NCBI GenBank assembly: GCA_046348185.1
Contig: JAXMER010000015.1
Span: 13,834-77,833, forward strand
DNA length: 64,000 nucleotides
Source: Rhodoferax sp.
Lineage (GTDB): Bacteria > Pseudomonadota > Gammaproteobacteria > Burkholderiales > Burkholderiaceae_C
Direction of reading: 5' to 3'
Shown: one piece after another, positions 1 to 7,533 of the stretch
Position numbering within the stretch: the first letter of the stretch is position 1
Layout of the letters: the number at the start of each line of letters is the position of its first letter
Notes under the pieces: model-generated
What the model saw: only the letters and a program-made list of their open reading frames with translations
Database searches by the model: none
What the model was told of the DNA's origin: nothing
Program-made: the position numbers and the translations under genes

Positions 1-156
1 GGTGTCCATGAGCCCGAGCACGTGCAAGGCGCGCAGGCTGATGTCGGCCAGGTTGCCGATGGGCGTGGCCACTACGTACAGCGCACCCTGCGGATAATGC
101 TGGCCAGACGCCGCTGCTTCGGCAGCGGCTCGGGCCAAGGAGAAATGAGCGCTCAC
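1..156 (-). CDS. rsmI: 16S rRNA (cytidine1402-2'-O)-methyltransferase RsmI, N-terminal fragment running off the window
   Basis: My own minus-strand translation gives ...QGALYVVATPIGNLADISLRALHVLGLMDT, the conserved RsmI N-terminus. It is divergent from yraN, as in the common rsmI/yraN/SIS/BON neighbourhood. Start uncertain (GTG at 156 or TTG at 138). Too short for the ORF track. Confidence 0.7.
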   Translation of the reverse strand, partial: MSAHFSLARAAAEAAASGQHYPQGALYVVATPIGNLADISLRALHVLGLMDT

Positions 157-543
157 GTGGGAATCCTTCCATCCAATTCAGCCAAGCCCACCACCAAGCT
201 TGTGGGCGACGCCGCCGAGGCACAGGCCTTGCAGTTCCTGCAGGCGCGGGGCTTGCGCTTGTTGCAGCGCAATTATCGAACGCCGGGGCGCGGCGGCGGC
301 GAAATCGATCTGGTCATGCGCGAGCACGATGGCACCGTGGTCTTTGTGGAGGTGCGCAAACGCGTTTCCACCGACTTTGGCGGCGCAGCAGGCAGCATTG
401 GTGCAACCAAACGCCGACGCATCATCTTTGCCGCACGGCATTACCTGTTGCGTGTGGCGACCCTGCCGCCATGCCGCTTCGATGTGGTGGTGGTCGAACC
501 CAGCGGGCTGCAATGGTTGCAGGCTGCGTTTGACGCATCCTGA
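145..543 (+). CDS. yraN: YraN family (UPF0102) endonuclease-like protein
   Basis: ORF 22..543 contains GEIDLVMREHDGTVVFVEVRKR and RFDVVVV, typical of YraN. ATG 145 chosen; GTG 157 is possible. Confidence 0.85.
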   Translation: MSAHVGILPSNSAKPTTKLVGDAAEAQALQFLQARGLRLLQRNYRTPGRGGGEIDLVMREHDGTVVFVEVRKRVSTDFGGAAGSIGATKRRRIIFAARHYLLRVATLPPCRFDVVVVEPSGLQWLQAAFDAS

Positions 544-629
544 GACCTTGCAGGGCAGGCCACGCGCGTAGCGATGTGCTCTGACCCCAATGCTTTCAAT
601 GAATTGGCAGCGCGGTATCATCGCCCCCC

Positions 630-1229
630 ATGCTGGAACAACGAATCGAACAACACTTCATTGACAGCGCCGACTTGAAATACCAGGCCGCGCAGATGCT
701 CTCCAAGCCCATCGCGGCAGCCGTTCAAGCCATCCTGGCCTGCGTTACCAATGGCGGCAAGGTGCTGGTCTGCGGCAACGGCGGATCGGCGGCCGATGCG
801 CAGCATTTCGCTGCGGAATTTGTGGGACGCTTCGAGCGTGAGCGTCCCGAACTGGGTGCGATTGCGCTCACCACCGACACTTCCATCCTGACGGCCATCG
901 CCAACGACTACGATTTCAACAGCGTTTTCTCGCGCCAGGTGCGCGCGCTGGGCGTTGCCGGCGATGTGCTGGTGGCCATTACCACCAGCGGCAATTCGGT
1001 CAACGTGCTGGCCGCGGTCGAGGCCGCACATGCACGCGAGATGGTGGTGGTGGGGTTAACCGGGCGCAACGGCGGCAAGATGGGACAGGTGCTGCGCGAG
1101 ACCGATGTGCACATCTGCGTGCCCCATGAGCGTACCGCCCGGATCCAGGAGGTCCACATCCTGGCCTTGCACTGTATTTGTGATGCGGTCGATGCCCACT
1201 TGCTGGGCGACCAGGAGGTTCATTCATGA
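630..1229 (+). CDS. SIS-domain protein, phosphoheptose isomerase GmhA / DiaA family
   Basis: GGKVLVCGNGGSAADAQHFAAEFVGRF, TTSGNS and ERTARIQEVHILALH motifs. Follows yraN as diaA does in E. coli. Confidence 0.9.
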   Translation: MLEQRIEQHFIDSADLKYQAAQMLSKPIAAAVQAILACVTNGGKVLVCGNGGSAADAQHFAAEFVGRFERERPELGAIALTTDTSILTAIANDYDFNSVFSRQVRALGVAGDVLVAITTSGNSVNVLAAVEAAHAREMVVVGLTGRNGGKMGQVLRETDVHICVPHERTARIQEVHILALHCICDAVDAHLLGDQEVHS

Positions 1230-1891
1230 AAAAAATTCTGCAACGTACCACGCTGGCCTTGGCGGCCGCGGGGGCTATCGCCACCGGGTTGACCGGTTGT
1301 TTTCCGCTGGCAGTGGGCGGTGCCGTGGTGACCGGCATGGTGGCCACCGACCGTCGCACCACCGGCGCCGTGGTGGAAGACGAGGGCATTGAATTACGCG
1401 CAGGCAACCGCATTCGCGAAGTGCTGGGTGAACGCGGCCATGTCGATGTCACCAGCTACAACCGCCAAGTATTGTTGACCGGTGAAGTACCCAGTGCGCA
1501 AGACCGCGCCCAGGTCGAGCAGATCGTGGCGGGCGTGGACAATGTGCGCCACATCATCAACGAACTGGCCGTGCTGGGTAATTCCACCTTTAACCAGCGG
1601 TCTTCGGATGCGCTGGTCTCCGGGCGTGTCAAGGCCTCATTGGTAGACGCGCAGGATCTCTCGGCCAATGCATTCAAAATCGTCACCGAGCGCGGCACGG
1701 TCTATGTGATGGGCCGCGTGACTGCGCGCGAAGCCAAGCGCGCCACGGAAGTGATTGCTGGCGTGTCGGGTGTGCAAAAAGTGGTGCGCATCCTGGAAAC
1801 GGTGACCGAAGAAGAGCTGGCCCGCATGGTGACACCACCGGCCAAGACTTCGGAGGACAAGCAGCGCGGTGAGCGCTCCAAGGGCGACTAA
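1226..1891 (+). CDS. BON-domain lipoprotein (DolP/YraP/OsmY-like)
   Basis: Lipobox LTGC. Two BON-like segments (VDVTSYNRQVLLTGEV, KIVTERGTVYVMGRV). ATGA overlap with the upstream SIS gene. Confidence 0.85.
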   Translation: MKKILQRTTLALAAAGAIATGLTGCFPLAVGGAVVTGMVATDRRTTGAVVEDEGIELRAGNRIREVLGERGHVDVTSYNRQVLLTGEVPSAQDRAQVEQIVAGVDNVRHIINELAVLGNSTFNQRSSDALVSGRVKASLVDAQDLSANAFKIVTERGTVYVMGRVTAREAKRATEVIAGVSGVQKVVRILETVTEEELARMVTPPAKTSEDKQRGERSKGD

Positions 1892-1914
1892 GGCCCCAGG
1901 GTGCGCTCAGCGCC

Positions 1915-2856
1915 TCAGCGCAGGCGCTTGATCAGGCTGCTGGTATCCCAGCGGTTGCCGCCCATGCGCTGCACATCGGCGTAGAACTGGTCGACCAAGG
2001 CTGTCACCGGCAGGCGTGCGCCGTTGCGCTTGGCTTCCTCCAGCACCAGGCCCAAGTCCTTGCGCATCCAGTCCACGGCAAAGCCGAAGTTGAACTGGTC
2101 GGCCACCATGGTCTTGCCGCGGTTGTCCATTTGCCAGCTTTGTGCGGCACCCTTGCCAATCACGTCCAGCACTTGCAGCATGTCCAGGTTGGCGGCCTGG
2201 CCAAAAGCAATCGCTTCCGACAAGCCCTGCACCAGGCCGGCGATGCAGATCTGGTTGACCATTTTGGCCAACTGGCCCGAACCACTTTCGCCCAGCAGGG
2301 TGAATGCGCGTGAAAACGCCATGGCCACCGGCTTGACTGCATCAAATGCTGGCGCATCGCCGCCGCACATCACCGTGAGTTGCCCGTTTTGCGCCCCCGC
2401 TTGCCCACCCGACACCGGGGCATCAATGAAGTGAAGTCCTTCCTGGCGTGCCAGGTCGCTCAATTCGCGCGCCACATGGGCTGAGGCGGTAGTGTGGTCC
2501 ACGAAGATGGCACCGGGCTTCATGCCAGCATAGGCTCCGTCAGGGCCAATGGTGACCGCGCGCAGGTCGTCGTCATTGCCCACGCAGCAAAACACTATGT
2601 CTGCGCCCAGCGCTGCTTGTCGCGGTGTGGGTGCATGTGAGACATTCGTGGTGTTAGCCCCCGAAAACTCTGTACACCATGCTATTGATTTGGTAGCGGT
2701 GCGGTTGTAGACGGTGACGGCATGGCCCGCCTGCGCCAGATGGCCGGCCATGGGGTAGCCCATGACGCCCAGGCCCAGGAAGGCGACGGTGGCAACGGGA
2801 CAGGGCGTGTAGTCCTTGGGGTTGATCGAGGCAGTGGTCATGCGGGAGGGATGCAT
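1915..2856 (-). CDS. NAD(P)-dependent beta-hydroxyacid dehydrogenase (3-hydroxyisobutyrate dehydrogenase family)
   Basis: Rossmann N-terminus VAFLGLGVMGYPMAGHLAQAGHAVTVYNRT and family-typical GSGQLAKMVNQ. Its ATG overlaps the pilU stop (TGATG on the minus strand). Hosts type-1 repeat copy A. Confidence 0.9.
   Translation of the reverse strand: MHPSRMTTASINPKDYTPCPVATVAFLGLGVMGYPMAGHLAQAGHAVTVYNRTATKSIAWCTEFSGANTTNVSHAPTPRQAALGADIVFCCVGNDDDLRAVTIGPDGAYAGMKPGAIFVDHTTASAHVARELSDLARQEGLHFIDAPVSGGQAGAQNGQLTVMCGGDAPAFDAVKPVAMAFSRAFTLLGESGSGQLAKMVNQICIAGLVQGLSEAIAFGQAANLDMLQVLDVIGKGAAQSWQMDNRGKTMVADQFNFGFAVDWMRKDLGLVLEEAKRNGARLPVTALVDQFYADVQRMGGNRWDTSSLIKRLR
2655..2697 (+). repeat. Type-1 43-nt repeat, copy A (inside the dehydrogenase CDS)
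   Basis: TAGCCCCCG AAAACTCTGTACACCAT GCTATTGATTTGGTAGC. Read on the gene strand as ATKSIAWCTEFSGA. Confidence 0.85.
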
Positions 2857-4004
2857 CAGTTCACAGGTGCCAGGCCAGCGCTGGCCAGGCCGCCGGTGTC
2901 GGAAATGTCAGCCTTGCTGCGCTGGCTGTTGAGCTTGATCTGCAGGCGCAGGTCGTTCATGGAATCGGCATTGCGCAGCGCGTCTTCGTAGGTGATGGCG
3001 TTCTTTTCGTAAAGGTCGAACAAGGCTTGATCGAAGGTCTGCATGCCGCCTTGGCGGCTCTTCTTCATGATTTCCTTGATGCCTGCCACCTCTCCCTTGA
3101 AGATCAGATCGGAAATGAGCGGTGAATTGAGCATCACCTCCACCGCCGCTACACGGCCCTTGCCGTCCTGCTTGGGGATTAGACGTTGCGAAATCATGGC
3201 GCGCAGGTTCAGCGACAGGTCCATCAGCAACTGGGCACGGCGCTCCTCGGGGAAGAAGTTGATGATGCGGTCCAGCGCCTGGTTGGCACTGTTGGCGTGC
3301 AACGTGGCCAGGCACAGGTGGCCAGTTTCTGCAAAGGCTACGGCGTGTTCCATGGTCTCGCGGTCGCGGATTTCGCCCATCAGGATCACATCGGGCGCCT
3401 GGCGCAAGGTGTTCTTCAGGGCTGCTTCCCAGCTGTCGGTATCCAGTCCCACTTCGCGCTGGGTGACCACGCAGTTCTTGTGCGCATGCACGAACTCCAC
3501 CGGGTCTTCCACGGTGATGATGTGGCCGTACGAGTTGTCGTTGCGCCAGTCCACCATGGCCGCCAACGTGGTGGACTTGCCCGAACCCGTAGCACCCACC
3601 AGGATGCACAGGCCGCGCTTGGTCATGGATACTTCCTTCAGGATCTGGGGCACGCCCAAACCGTCAATCGTCGGCAAGGTAGTGGGAATCACCCGTGCCA
3701 CCATGCCGACCTTGCCCTGCTGGATGAAGGCGTTGACCCGGAACCGCCCGATGCCCGGCGGCGAGATGGCGAAGTTGCATTCCTTGGTGCGTTCGAACTC
3801 GGCCACCTGTTTGTCGCTCATGACCGAGCGTGCCAGCGACAGGGTGTGCGTGGCGTTCAGGGGTTGGGGAGAAACCTTGGTAACCTTGCCATCGACCTTG
3901 ATCGCTGGCGGAAAGTCGGCTGTGATGAAGAGGTCGCTGCCATTGCGCCCGACCATCAGCTTGAGTAGGTCGTTGATGAATTTGGTGGCTTGATCGCGCT
4001 CCAT
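2856..4004 (-). CDS. pilU: Type IVa pilus retraction ATPase PilU
   Basis: PilT/PilU family with Walker A GATGSGKST. N-terminus MERDQATKFINDLLKLMVGRNGSDLFIT. ATG at 4004 chosen inside ORF 2856..4091. Lies downstream of pilT. Confidence 0.9.
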   Translation of the reverse strand: MERDQATKFINDLLKLMVGRNGSDLFITADFPPAIKVDGKVTKVSPQPLNATHTLSLARSVMSDKQVAEFERTKECNFAISPPGIGRFRVNAFIQQGKVGMVARVIPTTLPTIDGLGVPQILKEVSMTKRGLCILVGATGSGKSTTLAAMVDWRNDNSYGHIITVEDPVEFVHAHKNCVVTQREVGLDTDSWEAALKNTLRQAPDVILMGEIRDRETMEHAVAFAETGHLCLATLHANSANQALDRIINFFPEERRAQLLMDLSLNLRAMISQRLIPKQDGKGRVAAVEVMLNSPLISDLIFKGEVAGIKEIMKKSRQGGMQTFDQALFDLYEKNAITYEDALRNADSMNDLRLQIKLNSQRSKADISDTGGLASAGLAPVN

Positions 4005-4041
4005 GAGAGCACCTACCTTTCTTTGAAAGCAATTTTCCGCA

Positions 4042-4100
4042 GGGCCGCCCCAAGGAAAATTAGCCCCCTTGGGGGGCAGCGACCCGTGCAACGGTGGAGC
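4042..4100 (+). repeat. Type-2 GC-rich hairpin repeat, copy T2a (pilT-pilU intercistronic)
   Basis: GGGCCGCCCCAAGGAAAATTAGCCCCCTTGGGGGGCAGCGACCCGTGCAACGGTGGAGC. Contains the CCCCC-TT-GGGGG and CCCCAAGG/CCTTGGGG inverted repeats. Confidence 0.8.
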
Positions 4101-4112
4101 TTGGGGGTCATA

Positions 4113-5156
4113 TTACCCGGGGAAATTCTCGGGAATCTTCGCCTTGCCGCGCGCCTCGGCGGCGCTGATGACGTTGCGCCGCACCAGGTCGGTCAGGTTC
4201 TGGTCCAATGTTTGCATGCCCATGCTGTTGCCGGTCTGGATGGCCGAGTACATCTGGGCCACCTTGGCCTCGCGGATCAGGTTACGGATGGCGCTGGTGC
4301 CCAGCATGATCTCGTGCGCCGCCACGCGGCCCTGACCGTCCTTGGTCTTGCACAGGGTTTGCGAAATCACGGCCTGCAGCGACTCGGACAGCATGGCGCG
4401 CACCATTTCCTTTTCTTCGGCGGGGAACACGTCGATGATCCGGTCGATGGTCTTGGCGGCGCTGCTGGTGTGCAGGGTGCCGAACACGAGGTGGCCGGTT
4501 TCGGCCGCTGTCATGGCCAGACGGATGGTTTCCAGGTCGCGCATTTCGCCCACCAGAATGGCGTCGGGGTCTTCCCGCAGGGCGGACTTCAGGGCGGCAG
4601 CAAAGCTCAGGGTGTGTGGACCAACTTCGCGCTGGTTGATCAGGCACTTCTTGGACTCATGCACGAATTCGATGGGGTCTTCCACCGTGAGGATGTGGCC
4701 GAACTCGGTTTCGTTGAGGTAGTTGACCATGGCCGCTAGCGTGGTGGACTTGCCCGAACCTGTGGGCCCGGTCACCAGCACCAGACCACGGGGTTTCAAG
4801 GCGAGGTCGCCAAAGATCTTGGGTGCGTTGAGTTGCTCTAGCGTGAGGATCTTGCTCGGAATGGTCCGGAACACGGCCCCGGCGCCGCGGTTGTGGTTGA
4901 AGGCATTGACGCGAAAACGCGCCAAGCCATCGATCTCGAACGAAAAGTCGATTTCCAGAAACTCTTCGTAGTGCTTGCGCTGGGTGTCGTTCATGATGTC
5001 ATACACCATGGCATGCACCTGCTTGTGGTCCAGGGCCTCGACGTTGATGCGGCGCACGTCGCCGTGCACGCGAATCATGGGCGGCAGTCCTGCGGAAAGG
5101 TGGAGATCGGAAGCCTTGTTCTTGACGCTGAACGCCAGCAATTGGGTAATGTCCAC
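4113..5156 (-). CDS. pilT: Type IVa pilus twitching motility ATPase PilT
   Basis: (V)DITQLLAFSVKNKASDLHLSAGLPPMIRVHGDVRRI and Walker A GPTGSGKST. GTG at 5156 gives the canonical 347-aa PilT. The ORF-track start at 5228 adds a non-homologous extension. Confidence 0.93.
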   Translation of the reverse strand: MDITQLLAFSVKNKASDLHLSAGLPPMIRVHGDVRRINVEALDHKQVHAMVYDIMNDTQRKHYEEFLEIDFSFEIDGLARFRVNAFNHNRGAGAVFRTIPSKILTLEQLNAPKIFGDLALKPRGLVLVTGPTGSGKSTTLAAMVNYLNETEFGHILTVEDPIEFVHESKKCLINQREVGPHTLSFAAALKSALREDPDAILVGEMRDLETIRLAMTAAETGHLVFGTLHTSSAAKTIDRIIDVFPAEEKEMVRAMLSESLQAVISQTLCKTKDGQGRVAAHEIMLGTSAIRNLIREAKVAQMYSAIQTGNSMGMQTLDQNLTDLVRRNVISAAEARGKAKIPENFPG

Positions 5157-5201
5157 GAAAGTCCCTTTGCAATGGTGCGGGTTTGGTACGCTTGGAACAT
5201 T

Positions 5202-5912
5202 ATGACCACGATTGCCGAGAATCTCCACTGCGTCCGTCAGCGGATCGCATCAGCCTGTGCCCAGGCACAACGTGCACCGTCGGCGGTGGCCTTGCTGGCG
5301 GTGTCCAAGACCTTTGATGCCGATGCCGTTTTGCAGGCCTATCAGGCCGGGCAGACGGCATTTGGGGAAAACTACATCCAGGAAGCGGTCGACAAGATCG
5401 CCCAGCTGCGCCAGCTGCCGCTGCAATGGCATTGCATCGGCCCGATCCAGAGCAACAAGACACGTTTGGTGGCGCAGCATTTCGACTGGGTGCATACCGT
5501 GGACCGCCTCAAGATCGCGCAGCGCCTGAGCGAGCAGCGCCCCACCGAGTTGCCTGCGCTGCAAGTTTGCATTCAGGTCAACATCGATGGCGGCCCCACC
5601 AAGTCCGGTGTGGCACCTGCACAGGCGCTGGAGTTGGCCCGGGCCGTCGCATCACTGCCGCGGTTGCGGTTGCGCGGGCTAATGTGCATCCCGGAGCCTG
5701 CTCCTGATTTCGTAGCGGCTTGTGCAGTATTTGCAGGGGCTAAAGCCCTATTTGATCAATGCAATCAGGCTGGACTGGAGCTGGATACCCTGTCCATGGG
5801 CATGAGCGACGACCTGGAGGCGGCCATCGCATCGGGCTCCACCCTGGTGCGGGTGGGTAGCGCCATCTTTGGCAAGCGCAGCTACGCGCCGACCTTGGCT
5901 GTCGACGCGTAG
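5202..5912 (+). CDS. yggS: YggS family pyridoxal-phosphate homeostasis protein
   Basis: MTTIAENLHCVRQRI...LLAVSKTF...LSMGMSDDLEAAIASGSTLVRVGSAIFG. Divergent from pilT, as is usual. Hosts type-1 copy I. Confidence 0.92.
   Translation: MTTIAENLHCVRQRIASACAQAQRAPSAVALLAVSKTFDADAVLQAYQAGQTAFGENYIQEAVDKIAQLRQLPLQWHCIGPIQSNKTRLVAQHFDWVHTVDRLKIAQRLSEQRPTELPALQVCIQVNIDGGPTKSGVAPAQALELARAVASLPRLRLRGLMCIPEPAPDFVAACAVFAGAKALFDQCNQAGLELDTLSMGMSDDLEAAIASGSTLVRVGSAIFGKRSYAPTLAVDA
5700..5742 (-). repeat. Type-1 43-nt repeat, copy I (inside yggS), diverged
   Basis: Reverse complement: TAGCCCCTG CAAATACTGCACAAGCC GCTACGAAATCAGGAGC. Read as APDFVAACAVFAGA. Confidence 0.7.
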
Positions 5913-5918
5913 GCCCGG

Positions 5919-6479
5919 TTACTTCTTGGGGATGCTGATTGGCTTGATGTTGCCGCAGTCGCCGCCCAGCCAGCGACCGGAACTCTGCATTTCCATCTTT
6001 TCGGCCTGACCGCGTACCGTCGAGGTGGTCTGCATCTTCACCGCATAGGACTCGGGGCTGTTGTAAGTGACCGTGCCTTCACCCGAACTGGGCGGTTGCG
6101 TGCAGACGAACGAGAATTTCATGGTGTTGCCGCTGCGCGCGCTGTTGGTGTGCGTGCAGTCGCCCTTGTGGGAGGCAACTTCGTTGCGGTCGATCATTTC
6201 CTGCGTCATGCAAATCTTGATCGCCATGCCCGAGCCGCCGCTGGGACTCATTTGCACGCCCTGGCGCGCCATCATGTCCTGCATCATCTTGCGTTGCTCC
6301 GGGGGCATACTTTCAATGGCCTTGCGTGCTTCGGCCATGGCATCGTTCATTTCCTTGGAGCCCTGCATCTGGGACGTGATTTCCCACAGGCCGGGTTTGA
6401 TGGATTGGGCCGATACCCCGGCACTGCAGGCCACGAGAGCCAGACTGGTCAAGGCGATTCTTGCGTAGTGCATGGTCAT
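5919..6479 (-). CDS. DUF3617-like secreted/lipoprotein
   Basis: Signal peptide (LALVACSAGVSAQ) followed by the KPGLWEITSQMQG motif typical of DUF3617. Confidence 0.7.
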   Translation of the reverse strand: MTMHYARIALTSLALVACSAGVSAQSIKPGLWEITSQMQGSKEMNDAMAEARKAIESMPPEQRKMMQDMMARQGVQMSPSGGSGMAIKICMTQEMIDRNEVASHKGDCTHTNSARSGNTMKFSFVCTQPPSSGEGTVTYNSPESYAVKMQTTSTVRGQAEKMEMQSSGRWLGGDCGNIKPISIPKK

Positions 6480-6576
6480 GGAAGTCCCCCGAAAAAAGGC
6501 GATTGTGGCATCCCCGAAACAGGGGCGCTACCCGTGTTGGCGCTTTGCAACGCTGTCTATAGAATGGTCGATCGCT

Positions 6577-7509
6577 ATGGATGCTGCGCCCACTTCCACC
6601 GATTCCCTGTCGCCGATCGCGGCACGGGTGGAAATTTCCATGGCGGTCCTGTTTGCCGATGTAGCGGGCAGCACCCGCCTGTACGAAGCGCTGGGCGATG
6701 CCCTGGCCAAGCGCCTGATCGACGAGTGCCTGGGCGTCATGCAGTCCGTGGTGCAACGCTATGGCGGGCGCGTGGTCAAGACCATTGGCGACGAGATCAT
6801 GGCCGTATTGCCCAGTGCCGACAACGCCTGCCTGGCGGCCACCGATATCCAGCACAAGATCCTGGCCTTGCCGGTGGTGGAGCACAGCAAGCGCGCCGTA
6901 CGCGTGGGGTTTCACTTCGGCCCGGTGATCGAAGAGGGCGGCGATGTATTTGGCGACACCGTCAATGTTGCTGCGCGCATGGCGGCCCTGGCCAAGGGCA
7001 TGCAGATCATCACCACCACGCAAACCGTGCAGGGCCTCTCGCCCATGCTGCAACTGTCCACGCGGGCCATTGCGGCACTGACCGTCAAAGGCAAGGGCGA
7101 TGACGTGCCCGTGAGCGAGGTGATCTGGCAAGGTGGTGAGGAACTGACCATGTCCACCGCCTCCATCTCCAACCAGACCCGCGCGGCCACGCTGCACCTG
7201 GAAGGGCAGGGCCGCAGCTGGAGCCTGGAGGTGGCACCGAGCAGCCTGCTGATGGGGCGCGATGCGCAGTGCGATGTGGTGGTGACCGACCGCAACGCCT
7301 CGCGCCAGCATGCCCGCATCGAGCGCCGACGCGACAAGTTCTTTCTGGTGGACCAAAGCACCAATGGCACCTACGTGGCGTTTGCCAACGAACCCGAGGT
7401 GATCTTGCGTCGCGAGGAACTAATGCTGCGCGGCAAGGGCCGCCTGGCCCTGGGCCAATCGGTGGAGAACGGCGCAGCAGATGTGCTGCACTTCACGGTG
7501 CGGGACTGA
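6577..7509 (+). CDS. Class III adenylate/guanylate cyclase with C-terminal FHA domain
   Basis: VLFADVAGSTRLYE, GDEIMAVL and GDTVNVAARMAALA (cyclase), then LLMGRDAQCDVVVTDRNASRQHARIERRRDKFFLVDQSTNGTYV (FHA). ATG 6577 chosen inside ORF 6472..7509. Confidence 0.88.
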   Translation: MDAAPTSTDSLSPIAARVEISMAVLFADVAGSTRLYEALGDALAKRLIDECLGVMQSVVQRYGGRVVKTIGDEIMAVLPSADNACLAATDIQHKILALPVVEHSKRAVRVGFHFGPVIEEGGDVFGDTVNVAARMAALAKGMQIITTTQTVQGLSPMLQLSTRAIAALTVKGKGDDVPVSEVIWQGGEELTMSTASISNQTRAATLHLEGQGRSWSLEVAPSSLLMGRDAQCDVVVTDRNASRQHARIERRRDKFFLVDQSTNGTYVAFANEPEVILRREELMLRGKGRLALGQSVENGAADVLHFTVRD

Positions 7510-7533
7510 GGCGCCCCACACCGCGGACCGGTT

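Noticed and set aside
4005-4091. N-terminal extension of the pilU ORF (and likewise 5157..5228 for pilT)
   Set aside because: The extensions are not homologous to PilU/PilT N-termini. The pilU extension is simply the translated T2a repeat. Internal starts give canonical lengths.
6096-7356. 335-aa plus-strand and 347-aa minus-strand ORFs overlapping the DUF3617 and cyclase genes
   Set aside because: Out-of-frame or antisense to genes with clear motifs. Compositionally biased translations.
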